A stretch of DNA of 64,000 nt from an uncultured Lachnospiraceae bacterium (lineage in GTDB: Bacteria > Bacillota > Clostridia > Lachnospirales > Lachnospiraceae), in assembly GCA_947626915.1 (NCBI GenBank), contig CANQUA010000008.1, positions 135 through 64,134 on the forward strand. The letters run 5' to 3'. Below, one piece after another: positions 28,465 to 37,644 of the stretch (positions are counted from its first letter, which is position 1; each line of letters opens with the position of its first letter). The notes beneath the pieces are model-generated. The model did not search any database. It worked only from the letters and a program-made list of their open reading frames with translations, and had not been told where the DNA came from. The position numbers and the translations under genes were made by a program.

Positions 28465-28682
28465 TTTATCCCCCCTGACAACGCTCCCGCACCGGCACGC
28501 CCGCCGTCTCCGTCTCCAATCTCCGGACCGGCTCCGGCAAATCCGCCGCATGTCCGGCCGCCGCTCCGACCTATATGCTCCCCGTAAGTATAACATATAC
28601 CGCCGCCGCAGTCCAGCTTACTTTTGCCCCTGTCGCTGCATTGTACTAAAAATACCCGTAAAATCCTTCCGCTTCCATAAAT

Positions 28683-28943
28683 TCAGTCCGCTCCTTCTTT
28701 CGCCTCTACGAACCATCTGCTCCCCTCCTGGTACAAAAAAGATTCCTGTCCCCGGATGACGACCGTGTAGCGGATCCCGCCGCCTCCCACCTTGTCCGAC
28801 GAAGCGCGGCACTTGTAGGCGATCCGGTCGATCGGGAATACCCTGCCGTTCTCCCAGCGGATCAGCCGGGGAAAGACCGTCCCGTCTGCGTCCACATCCA
28901 GATTGACGGACACATACGCTTTCCTGCACAATACGTTCTGCAC
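28683..28943 (-). CDS. 86-aa hypothetical protein divergent from the mutagenesis cassette
   Basis: GGGAGGTG RBS, GTG start, strong sigmaA promoter; ends RWFVEAK. Confidence 0.75.
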   Translation of the reverse strand: MQNVLCRKAYVSVNLDVDADGTVFPRLIRWENGRVFPIDRIAYKCRASSDKVGGGGIRYTVVIRGQESFLYQEGSRWFVEAKEGAD

Positions 28944-28973
28944 GGCAACACCTCCCTGTCAAACCCGTCAAAG

Positions 28974-29115
28974 CACGAACATTTTTTCATGTTCCTGTTG
29001 ACACACGCGTTTTCATGTGGTAAGATGGTTTCACGAACGGGATTTCGTGTCGGCAATGTCAGTATAGCATGAACGTTTTTTCGTGTCAATAAGTTTTTAT
29101 GAAAAAATGTTCGTG
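28974..29115. promoter_or_regulatory. Four palindromic operators (CAYGAA-N6-TTCRTG) over two opposing sigmaA promoters
   Basis: Sites at 28974, 29032, 29068, 29098; plus-strand TTGACA(28998)-17-TAAGAT; minus-strand TTGACA(29089)-17-TATACT. Confidence 0.8.
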
Positions 29116-29139
29116 TCCGTCAAAAGAAAGAGGTGCCTT

Positions 29140-29556
29140 ATGCAGTTCAAAGACAGACTGAGGGAAAAACGTATGGAGGCTGATCTGACCCAGCCGGAGC
29201 TGGCAGAAAAAGCGGGCGTTACCACGCGGACGATCCAGAACTACGAGCTGGGGAACCGCAAACCGGCGAATATGGAAGTGGTTCAGAAGATCGCCGACGC
29301 GCTGCACACCACGACAGAGTATCTCCTCGGCAGCAGCGGCGTCTATGTTGTGGAAGCGCAGGAAAAGGGCGGGGCCAAAGCGGCGCGGGAGATCGACGAG
29401 CTGGTCGGGGAAGTGACCGGACTGTTTGCCGGGGGCGGACTCAGCGACGACGATCTCGAGGGAGCGATGAAGGCCCTGTACGACGCCTACTGGATCGCCA
29501 AGGAGAAGAACCGGAAATACACGCCGAAGAAATATTTGAAGGAAGCCGGAGAATGA
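29140..29556 (+). CDS. XRE-family (ImmR-like) repressor
   Basis: LTQPELAEKAGVTTRTIQNYELGNRKP HTH; GAGGTG RBS before ATG 29140. Confidence 0.92.
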   Translation: MQFKDRLREKRMEADLTQPELAEKAGVTTRTIQNYELGNRKPANMEVVQKIADALHTTTEYLLGSSGVYVVEAQEKGGAKAAREIDELVGEVTGLFAGGGLSDDDLEGAMKALYDAYWIAKEKNRKYTPKKYLKEAGE

Positions 29557-30113
29557 CTCCTCTCCACTCTTCGGATGCCGCTGTCCCGATTGGAGGTGGA
29601 AGGATGCGCGCAGAACAGCTTGCCCGTGTGGGCGGCGGGCTTGTCAGGCGGTGCGGTACGAGAGATCCCTTTGCGATCGCCGCAGACATCGGAGCGGAGG
29701 TTATGTTCCGCGACGATTTCGGCCTGCTGAAAGGGATGTACCGGGTGATCAAACGGAACCGCTTTATCTTTATCAACAGCCGGCTCCCGGAGCCGATGCA
29801 GAGGATCGTCTGCGCCCACGAGCTGGGACACGATCAGCTCCACCGCAGCCTGGCCCAGAACGACGCCCTGCATGAATTTATGCTCTATGATATGAGGACG
29901 AAGCCGGAATACGAGGCGAATATCGTCGCGTCGGAGATCCTGCTGGACAATGATGAGCTGCTGGAACATCTCTACCGTGACCGCTACTCCGCCGAGCAGA
30001 TCGCCCGCGCCATGCATACGGACATCAATCTGGTCGCCCTGAAGATTGCGCACCTCAACGAGCTGGGATACGACCTCAGACCGCTTGAACACCGGAGCGA
30101 TTTCTTAAAATAG
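29553..30113 (+). CDS. ImmA/IrrE-family metallo-endopeptidase
   Basis: CAHELGH (HExxH) and EYEANIVA; overlaps the XRE gene. Confidence 0.92.
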   Translation: MTPLHSSDAAVPIGGGRMRAEQLARVGGGLVRRCGTRDPFAIAADIGAEVMFRDDFGLLKGMYRVIKRNRFIFINSRLPEPMQRIVCAHELGHDQLHRSLAQNDALHEFMLYDMRTKPEYEANIVASEILLDNDELLEHLYRDRYSAEQIARAMHTDINLVALKIAHLNELGYDLRPLEHRSDFLK

Positions 30114-30119
30114 AAATAT

Positions 30120-30166
30120 GACGCGGAGGCTGTCAGGGAGATAAGACGCGGAAGCTGTCAGGGAGA
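30120..30166 (+). repeat. 22-bp direct repeat (1 mismatch) before the polymerase gene
   Basis: GACGCGGA(G/A)GCTGTCAGGGAGA at 30120 and 30145. Confidence 0.85.
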
Positions 30167-30182
30167 AAGGAGGACCCGCGGC

Positions 30183-31688
30183 ATGGAAAAACGGACCTAT
30201 ATCGCGATCGATCTGAAATCATTTTACGCCTCGGTAGAGTGCCGGGAACGCGGACTGGACCCGCTGGACACCAATCTCGTGGTCGCAGACGAGAGCCGGA
30301 CGGACAAAACCATCTGCCTCGCGGTGACGCCGCCTCTCAAAAGCTACGGCATACCCGGGCGGGCGCGGCTGTTTGAGGTGAAGCAGCGGGTCCGGGAAGC
30401 GAACGCCGGACGCAGGCACGACGCGCCGGGGCACCGCCTGACGGGTTCGTCGCATTTTTATTCCGAGCTGGCGTCAAAGCCCGAACTGGCGATCGACTTC
30501 ATTATCGCGCCGCCGCGCATGGCTCACTACATGGCATACAGCACCCGGATCTACGGCATCTATATGAAATACGTCGCCCCGGAAGACATTATCGTTTATT
30601 CCATCGACGAGGTTTTCATGGATGTTACCAATTACCTGAGCGCCTGCCGGCTCACTCCCCGGGATCTGGCGAGGAAGATCATCCTTGACGTGATGGACGA
30701 CACGCGCATCACCGCGGCGGCGGGGATCGGCACGAACCTCTATCTGGCCAAGATCGCCATGGACATCGTGGCGAAACACGTTCCCGCCGACCAATACGGA
30801 GTGCGGATCGCGGAGCTGGACGAGATGAGCTACCGCCGCATCCTCTGGACGCACCAGCCCCTGACCGACTTCTGGAGGCTGGGTCCCGGATACGCCAGGA
30901 AACTGGAAGAAAACGGGATGTTCACGATGGGCGATGTGGCGCGATGTTCCGTCACGGACGAAGACCTGCTCTACCGGCTGTTCGGGAAGAACGCGGAGCT
31001 GCTGATCGACCACGCGTGGGGATGGGAGCCCTGCACCGTCGAAGCGGTCAAGGCATACCGTCCCGAGTCAAACAGTCTGGGATCGGGGCAGGTGCTCCAT
31101 ACCCCCTATGAGGCGGAGAAAGCCAGGCTCGTCCTCCGTGAAATGGCGGACCTGCTTGCGCTGGAGCTGGTCGACAAAAGACTGGTCACCGACCAGATCG
31201 TCGTTACAGTCGGATACGACGTGGAGAACCTCAAGGATCCCAGGCGGAGCCGGGCCTATCACGGGGAAATCGTCACAGACCGCTACGGGCGCAGGATCCC
31301 GAAACACTCCCACGGCACCGTCAGCCTCGGCAGGCCCACCTCGTCCGCGAAACAGATCCTGGAGGCGGCATCGGAACTGTTTGACCGCATCACCGACCGG
31401 GACCTCCTGATCCGCAGGCTGAACATCACGGCGAACCACGTGGTCAGCGAGACCTCGGTCAGACAGGAACCGCAATATGAGCAGCTCGATCTTTTCACCG
31501 ACTACGCCGCCCTGGAAGCCGGGCGGGAACGGGAGCAGGCGGAGCGGGAACGGGAAAAGAAAATGCAGCAGACGATGCTGGCCATCAAGAAAAAATTCGG
31601 GAAAAACGCGATCCTCAAAGGCATGAACCTGGAAGAGGGCGCCACGGCGCGCGACCGCAATTCGCAGATCGGAGGTCACAAGGCATGA
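30183..31688 (+). CDS. Y-family DNA polymerase (UmuC/DinB-like)
   Basis: AIDLKSFYASVE, YSIDEVF, GIGTNLYLAKIA. Confidence 0.93.
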   Translation: MEKRTYIAIDLKSFYASVECRERGLDPLDTNLVVADESRTDKTICLAVTPPLKSYGIPGRARLFEVKQRVREANAGRRHDAPGHRLTGSSHFYSELASKPELAIDFIIAPPRMAHYMAYSTRIYGIYMKYVAPEDIIVYSIDEVFMDVTNYLSACRLTPRDLARKIILDVMDDTRITAAAGIGTNLYLAKIAMDIVAKHVPADQYGVRIAELDEMSYRRILWTHQPLTDFWRLGPGYARKLEENGMFTMGDVARCSVTDEDLLYRLFGKNAELLIDHAWGWEPCTVEAVKAYRPESNSLGSGQVLHTPYEAEKARLVLREMADLLALELVDKRLVTDQIVVTVGYDVENLKDPRRSRAYHGEIVTDRYGRRIPKHSHGTVSLGRPTSSAKQILEAASELFDRITDRDLLIRRLNITANHVVSETSVRQEPQYEQLDLFTDYAALEAGREREQAEREREKKMQQTMLAIKKKFGKNAILKGMNLEEGATARDRNSQIGGHKA

Positions 31689-32107
31689 AGGGACCTTATG
31701 ACGATATCATCCATCTCCCGCACCATGTTTCGGACAAACGGCCGCAGATGCCGATGCAGGACCGAGCGGCCCAGTTCTCGCCGTTTGCCGCCCTGACCGG
31801 CTACAGCGAAGCGGTTGCGGAAACCGCGCGTCTTACCGATGAAAAAATGGAACTTGACGAAACGGAACAGGCGGTCCTTGACAGGAAGCAGCGTATTCTT
31901 ATGGACGCCCTGTCGGAGCATCCGGCGATAACGGTGACGTACTTCCAGAAAGACGAACGGAAGGCCGGCGGCGCATACCGGACCGTCAGCGGAAAGCTGA
32001 AAAAGATCGACGAATTTGAACGCACGCTCATTCTGACAAACGGCGAGCAGATCCGAACCGGCGATATCTGCGATATTGAGAGCGAATTGTTTCAGGGACT
32101 GGAATAA
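31685..32107 (+). CDS. YolD-like accessory protein
   Basis: RAAQFSPFAALTGY motif; directly coupled to the polymerase gene. Confidence 0.8.
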   Translation: MKGPYDDIIHLPHHVSDKRPQMPMQDRAAQFSPFAALTGYSEAVAETARLTDEKMELDETEQAVLDRKQRILMDALSEHPAITVTYFQKDERKAGGAYRTVSGKLKKIDEFERTLILTNGEQIRTGDICDIESELFQGLE

Positions 32108-32125
32108 GACAGGAGGAATCGATTT

Positions 32126-33190
32126 ATGCCGCTGGAAATCATACGGAACGATATCACGAAAATGAAGGTGGACGCGATTGTGAACGCCGCCAACCAAACC
32201 CTGCTGGGAGGCGGCGGGGTCGACGGGGCCATCCATGACGCCGCGGGACCGAAGCTTCTGGCCGAGTGCCGGAAACTGGGCGGCTGTGAAACCGGCAGCG
32301 CAAAGCTCACCGGCGCGTACCGTCTGCCCTGCCGGTATGTGATCCACGCCGTCGGGCCCGTCTGGCGCGGAGGCGGCCACGGAGAGCGCGACCAGCTGAT
32401 TTCCTGCTACCGCACCTCTCTCGCGCTTGCCAAACAAAAAAGGTGCAAAACCGTGGCGTTTCCCCTGATCTCCTCCGGCGCCTACGGCTATCCGAAGGAT
32501 AAAGCCCTGAAGGTCGCCATCGATACGATCAGCGATTTCCTTTTCGACAACGAGATGACCGTCTATATCGTGATCTTCGATAAGGCCGCCTATCAGATCA
32601 GCGAAAAGCTGTTCAAAGATATTGCCGAGTACATCGACGATCACTATGCGGCGGAACATTTCGACCTCTACCGGAGGCAGTCGCAGACCCTGCTCCCCGA
32701 CGAATACGGAAAGCGTGCCGCCGGCACACTTTCTGCATGGAAATACGAGACGGCGGACGGTTTTTCCGAAAACGCGGCGCCGCCCGCGCCCCTTGCAAAG
32801 GCCGTTCGGAAAGCGCCCGCCGCCTCACTGGATGAAGCGGTCGGCATGATCGACGAGAGTTTCTCCGAGATGCTTCTCCGGAAGATCGACGAACACGGCA
32901 TCACAGACGTCCAGTGCTACAAGAAAGCGAACGTGGACCGAAAGCTGTTCTCCAAAATACGGAGCGACAAACTCTACAAACCGAGCAAGCCCACGGTCCT
33001 GGCTTTTGCGATCGCCCTCGAACTCCCGCTCAGCGAGACGCGGGAGTTGCTGATGAAAGCAGGGTTCGCCCTCTCCCACAGCAACAAGTTTGACATTATC
33101 GTCGAGTATTTTATCAGCCGCGGAAACTACAATATTTTTGAGATCAATGAGGCGCTGTTCGCTTTTGATCAGAGCCTTCTGGGGGTATGA
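32126..33190 (+). CDS. Macrodomain (O-acetyl-ADP-ribose deacetylase-like) fused to an XRE-like HTH domain
   Basis: DAIVNAAN..LLGGGGVDGAIH, AFPLISSGAYG; C-terminal CYKKANVDRKLFSKIR...TVLAFAIAL. Confidence 0.88.
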   Translation: MPLEIIRNDITKMKVDAIVNAANQTLLGGGGVDGAIHDAAGPKLLAECRKLGGCETGSAKLTGAYRLPCRYVIHAVGPVWRGGGHGERDQLISCYRTSLALAKQKRCKTVAFPLISSGAYGYPKDKALKVAIDTISDFLFDNEMTVYIVIFDKAAYQISEKLFKDIAEYIDDHYAAEHFDLYRRQSQTLLPDEYGKRAAGTLSAWKYETADGFSENAAPPAPLAKAVRKAPAASLDEAVGMIDESFSEMLLRKIDEHGITDVQCYKKANVDRKLFSKIRSDKLYKPSKPTVLAFAIALELPLSETRELLMKAGFALSHSNKFDIIVEYFISRGNYNIFEINEALFAFDQSLLGV

Positions 33191-33226
33191 GCGATTCCCC
33201 GGAGGTCCCGCCCGCGGCCCCTGTCC

Positions 33227-34417
33227 CTATTTCAGCTTCTCCAGCAGGGAATATCCGATGGTTCCCTCCGGCATCGCCGTTCCGAAATTATCCGCGACGG
33301 TGGCCCCTATGACCGCAAAGGTATCCGCATCCGGCAGCTTCCCGTGCCCTTCCATAGACGGAGAATAGGCCAGAAACGGCACCATCTCTTTTGTATGGTC
33401 GGTCCCCGTATGAGTCGGGTCGTTGCCGTGGTCCGCCGTGATGATCAGCAGATCGTCCGCGTGCAGCCTGGGAAGCAGCTCCCCCAGCTTCACGTCGAAG
33501 CGCTCCAGCTCCTGTCCGTAACCGATCGGGTCCCTCCGATGTCCCCACAGGGCGTCGAAATCCACCAGGTTCACGAAGCAGAGACCGCGGAACTCCTTGT
33601 CCGCCAGTTCAATGGTCTGTTCCATGCCGTGGACGCTGCTTTTTGATTTATAAGCTTCCGTGATGCCTTCGCCGTCAAAAATATCCCGGATCTTTCCGAC
33701 GCTGATCACATCGCAGCCATGCTCCTTCAAGGCGTCCAGCACCGTCTTCCCGTAAGGCTTCAGCGCATAGTCGTGGCGGTTGGCGGTGCGTTTAAATTCG
33801 CCCCGTTTCTTCCCCACATAGGGCCTGGCGATCACGCGCCCCACTTTCCACTCGTCGCGCATCGTCAGCTCCCTGGCGATGGCGCAGCAGCGGTAAAGCT
33901 CCTCCAGCCCGAAGGTTTCCTCGTTGCCGCAGATCTGCAGCACCGAATCCGCCGACGTATAAACGATCATATCGCCCGTGGCGATCTCGTGCTCTCCCAG
34001 TTCGTCCAGGATCTCCGTCCCGCTGGCCGCTTTGTTGCCCACGATCTTATGTCCGGTGCGGCGGCTCAGCTCATCCAGAAGCTCCTGCGGGAACCCGGTT
34101 TCCGTAAAGGTCTTAAACGGCTGCGTGATCCGCAGGCCCATCATCTCCCAGTGTCCGGTCATGGTATCTTTCCCCACGCTGGCTTCCAGCAGCCGTCCAT
34201 AATAGCCCATGGGCCTCTCCGCCGCCTTCACGTGGGTCAGGGGATGGAGATTCGCCATCCCCAGCCCGGCCAGATTCGGAATCACCAACTGTTCCGCCCG
34301 TTCGTCGATATGTCCCAGCGTATCCGTGCCGGCGTCCCCGTATTCGGCGGCGTTGGGCATGGCCCCGATCCCCAGTGAATCGATCACAATTACAAAAATG
34401 CGCTTATATGGTCCCAT
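33227..34417 (-). CDS. deoB: Phosphopentomutase
   Basis: [40 protein letters not shown]. Confidence 0.95.
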   Translation of the reverse strand: MGPYKRIFVIVIDSLGIGAMPNAAEYGDAGTDTLGHIDERAEQLVIPNLAGLGMANLHPLTHVKAAERPMGYYGRLLEASVGKDTMTGHWEMMGLRITQPFKTFTETGFPQELLDELSRRTGHKIVGNKAASGTEILDELGEHEIATGDMIVYTSADSVLQICGNEETFGLEELYRCCAIARELTMRDEWKVGRVIARPYVGKKRGEFKRTANRHDYALKPYGKTVLDALKEHGCDVISVGKIRDIFDGEGITEAYKSKSSVHGMEQTIELADKEFRGLCFVNLVDFDALWGHRRDPIGYGQELERFDVKLGELLPRLHADDLLIITADHGNDPTHTGTDHTKEMVPFLAYSPSMEGHGKLPDADTFAVIGATVADNFGTAMPEGTIGYSLLEKLK

Positions 34418-34562
34418 AAATCCATACTCCTTTCCTGTGCCGGCTTTCCGTTTCTCTGCGCAAAGCCCGGTTCCCTGCTTTCCGTCCGTCACTCCGGGAC
34501 AATCCGCCTGTTTTCCGCCCGCGCCGTCCGGTCCCTCTCCTGCGGTCCGGACATTTCCCGGT

Positions 34563-35123
34563 TCAGACTTCCCAAAGCTCTTCCTTCGTCGTGGACACGG
34601 CGTCCGCCCCGGCCTGCAGCGCCGCCATGATATCCTGCTTATCCGACAAAAGTCCGCCCGCCACCAGGATCACCGGCGTGTCCTCCCTCACCTTTTTCAG
34701 TACCTTCGGCATGACTCCCGGCATGATCTCCATAAAATCCGGCTGGAAAACGGTCAGCTGCTTGCGGACGTTCTCAAGGGCGATGGAATCGATCAGAAAC
34801 GCCCTCTGCCCGCCGATCAGCCCCAGCTCCATCGCGTATTTCACCAGGGCCGGTTTCGTGCTGATGATGCCGTCCGCGTCGGTATGATCCTTAATATAAT
34901 CCACCGCTACTTCCCGGGAACTGAGCCCCGCGATCAGATCCACATGCACGATTGCCAGCTTCCCCCGCTCTTTGACCCTCTCAACAATCTTCCCCACATT
35001 GCAGACCGTGCCAAAAAGAATAAATACCATGGCGCAGTCCTTTTCCAGGGCATGCTCCAGCCCCTCTTCATCCTTTACCGCCGTGATCACCGGCGAGTAC
35101 GCAAAAATATCCTCCAGCTTCAA
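34563..35123 (-). CDS. glpP: Glycerol-3-phosphate-responsive antiterminator
   Basis: [26 protein letters not shown]. Confidence 0.9.
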   Translation of the reverse strand: MKLEDIFAYSPVITAVKDEEGLEHALEKDCAMVFILFGTVCNVGKIVERVKERGKLAIVHVDLIAGLSSREVAVDYIKDHTDADGIISTKPALVKYAMELGLIGGQRAFLIDSIALENVRKQLTVFQPDFMEIMPGVMPKVLKKVREDTPVILVAGGLLSDKQDIMAALQAGADAVSTTKEELWEV

Positions 35124-35404
35124 GGCAACCCCCTATTTGCGCAGAGATACGTCCGGCCGCTCTTCAGACCGTTTTCCCTCTGCTGCGCCATATACCCGGC
35201 TGAAATTTCACAGCCTGATCTGTTTTGTCAATTATACTACACAATATCGGGCGCTTCAATCCTTTTTCCATGAATTTCTCTTTTGCCCCGTCCGCAGAAT
35301 CCGGTCGGAGCAATCGCAACCGTTCAGCCGCGCCATTCGCGAAGCCGCGCTTACGCGCTCTCCGCCGCCGCGCGGCTATCTCTGCTCATAAAACGGCGCT
35401 CCCT

Positions 35405-35465
35405 CAGCCGCCGGACATGATGGAAAATTCGTGCAGGCACGGTTTTCCATCATGTCCGGCGGCTG
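35405..35465. repeat. Perfect 23-bp inverted repeat with 15-bp spacer
   Basis: CAGCCGCCGGACATGATGGAAAA / TTTTCCATCATGTCCGGCGGCTG. Confidence 0.9.
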
Positions 35466-35564
35466 GCCAAACTGTTGCAGGAAATAACTTTTTCGCTTCC
35501 GTACACTTGAAAATTCCAGATAAATCCGATATAGTAGAGATAGATTACACGTAAAGGAGTCCTT

Positions 35565-36596
35565 ATGAAAAACAAGATCACGATTCAGGACATTGCCGAT
35601 TCCCTGCATCTGTCCAGGGCGACCGTGTCCAAGGTATTAAACAATTCCTCCGGCGTCGCGGACGATACGAGGCAGATCGTACTGTCCAAAATGCAGGAGC
35701 TGAATTATAAAAATCCAGGCCGCGCCCTCAAAAGCAGAGCCCGATCGGAACAGCGTCTGCGGCATAACTTTGCATTCCTGATGCACATGATGCCGGGTGA
35801 TCTTCATGTGGGTTCCACGATTCTGACGCAGCTGGAGCAGGAGATCCGGAAAAAAGGCTATTCCCTGACCATCCACACCATCACCGACGACGATTACCAC
35901 CGCAGGGTGCTGCCGCCCAACCTTTACATCGATCAGACCGTGGCGTTCGTATGTCTCGAACTGTTCGACAGCGGCTACACCCAGCTTCTGTGCTCCCAGG
36001 ATGTCCCGGTTCTTTTGGTGGACGCCTGCTCCGATTTTCATGAATTAGGCCTCCGGTGCGATCTTCTGATGATGGAAAACCGCTCAAGCGTTTATCGGAT
36101 GCTTTCCGCTTTGTGCAAAAGGCATCCGATCAAAACCATGGGATTTTTCGGCGACATACGCCATTGTCTCAGTTTCAGGGAACGTTACGAAGGATTTCAG
36201 CTGGCGGCGCAGGATCTGGGTCTTGAAACCGAACGGTTTCAGATCATAGACCACGATTCCCTTTTCTGGAACCCGGAATGGATCCTGCAGCGGATTCAGA
36301 AGCTGGAAACGCTTCCCGACCTTTTCTTCTGCGCCAACGATGTGCTGGCCCAGAATCTGATCCTGCGGCTTTCGGATCTGGGATACCGCGTCCCCGAAGA
36401 CGTTCTGGTCTGCGGGTTTGACGGCATCCCGACCAACGAGCCTATTATCTCCGGCCTGACGACCGTCTGCACGCCCAGCACCGAACTCGGCGTCACGGCC
36501 GCCCAGATCCTGATGAACAAAATACAGAATCCCAGGGGCTCTTCCACCAGCACCTATCTGCACACAGATATCCTTTTCCGCCATACGGCGCCTTAG
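35565..36596 (+). CDS. LacI-family regulator
   Basis: ITIQDIADSLHLSRATVSKVLN, FCANDVLA, VCGFDG. Confidence 0.93.
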   Translation: MKNKITIQDIADSLHLSRATVSKVLNNSSGVADDTRQIVLSKMQELNYKNPGRALKSRARSEQRLRHNFAFLMHMMPGDLHVGSTILTQLEQEIRKKGYSLTIHTITDDDYHRRVLPPNLYIDQTVAFVCLELFDSGYTQLLCSQDVPVLLVDACSDFHELGLRCDLLMMENRSSVYRMLSALCKRHPIKTMGFFGDIRHCLSFRERYEGFQLAAQDLGLETERFQIIDHDSLFWNPEWILQRIQKLETLPDLFFCANDVLAQNLILRLSDLGYRVPEDVLVCGFDGIPTNEPIISGLTTVCTPSTELGVTAAQILMNKIQNPRGSSTSTYLHTDILFRHTAP

Positions 36597-37633
36597 CTCT
36601 GTATCAGCGAGGTCTTCCGGTAAATGATCCTGGAATCAACGTAAATCACATTGCGCGCCCTTCCGGGGCTGGCCATGCGCTGCATAAGGCAGCCGATCAC
36701 ATTCTGGACCAGCTCCTCCCGGTCGCTCCCCACCGTCGTAAGCGGCGGATCGACCACAGCCCCTTCTCTCAGATTATCAAACGACACGATCTGCACCTGC
36801 CGCGGTACCTGAACGCCCCGCTCCTTTAAAACCGCGAGCAGGGCAAGCGCAATCTTATCGCTGGCGGCGACAAAAGCGTCCGGAAGCTCCCGCAAACTGT
36901 CCAGAAATTCCCGCAGCCTTTCCTCCGGGTTCCCCCGGTCCAGTTCCGCATCCTCCAGACAGCAGGCATTCTCCGGCGAAAGCCCGTATTCCCGCATCGC
37001 GCTGCCGTATCCCCTGTACCGCTCATAATTTCCTCTGCAGAGACGGGCGTTGCCGACAAAGCCGATTCGTTTGCAGCCGTTCTCCAGAAGACCGGCAGTC
37101 AAACGGTGGGCCGGATACTCATTATTCATCAGCACCACGTCGTACCTGCCCGGAACGTCCCACAGATCGCGGCAAAATTCCAGGAACACGGTAGGGATCC
37201 CGCACCGGAGAAGCTTTTCGATGTAAGCCCTGTGATACAGTTCGATACAGACGATTCCATCCACCTTGTCCTCCTCCACCATCTGAGGAAGCTGCTGCCG
37301 TTCCATTTCCTCCTGCAAAACTCCGTAAAATACCAGGACATAGCCTCTGGATTCCACGTTCTGCTGAATCTCATTCACCAGCGGAAGAAAGAAATTGGAC
37401 TGGTCCATTTCGCCGTTGCACAGCAAAAGAAGGGTTTTGACGCCGTCCCGTTCCTCGGCCTCCTCCACCTGTCCCAGCCCTTTATAGTTATTCTCCCGCA
37501 AAACCGTAATGACCCGGTTCCGAATCTGGGCGGAACCGGTATAACGCCCGTTCACAATCTTGGACACCGTATTTCTGGATACCCCCACCATGTCCGCGAT
37601 TTCCTGCAGAGTGATCTTCTCCCTCACTGCCAT
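36593..37633 (-). CDS. LacI-family regulator
   Basis: ITLQEIADMVGVSRNTVSKIVN, IVSFDN, PPLTTV. Confidence 0.93.
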   Translation of the reverse strand: MAVREKITLQEIADMVGVSRNTVSKIVNGRYTGSAQIRNRVITVLRENNYKGLGQVEEAEERDGVKTLLLLCNGEMDQSNFFLPLVNEIQQNVESRGYVLVFYGVLQEEMERQQLPQMVEEDKVDGIVCIELYHRAYIEKLLRCGIPTVFLEFCRDLWDVPGRYDVVLMNNEYPAHRLTAGLLENGCKRIGFVGNARLCRGNYERYRGYGSAMREYGLSPENACCLEDAELDRGNPEERLREFLDSLRELPDAFVAASDKIALALLAVLKERGVQVPRQVQIVSFDNLREGAVVDPPLTTVGSDREELVQNVIGCLMQRMASPGRARNVIYVDSRIIYRKTSLIQS

Positions 37634-37644
37634 ACTGCTCCTTC

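Noticed and set aside
28683-33190. Mutagenesis cassette as an integrated mobile element
   Set aside because: No integrase, transposase, flanking direct repeats or clear compositional shift was visible
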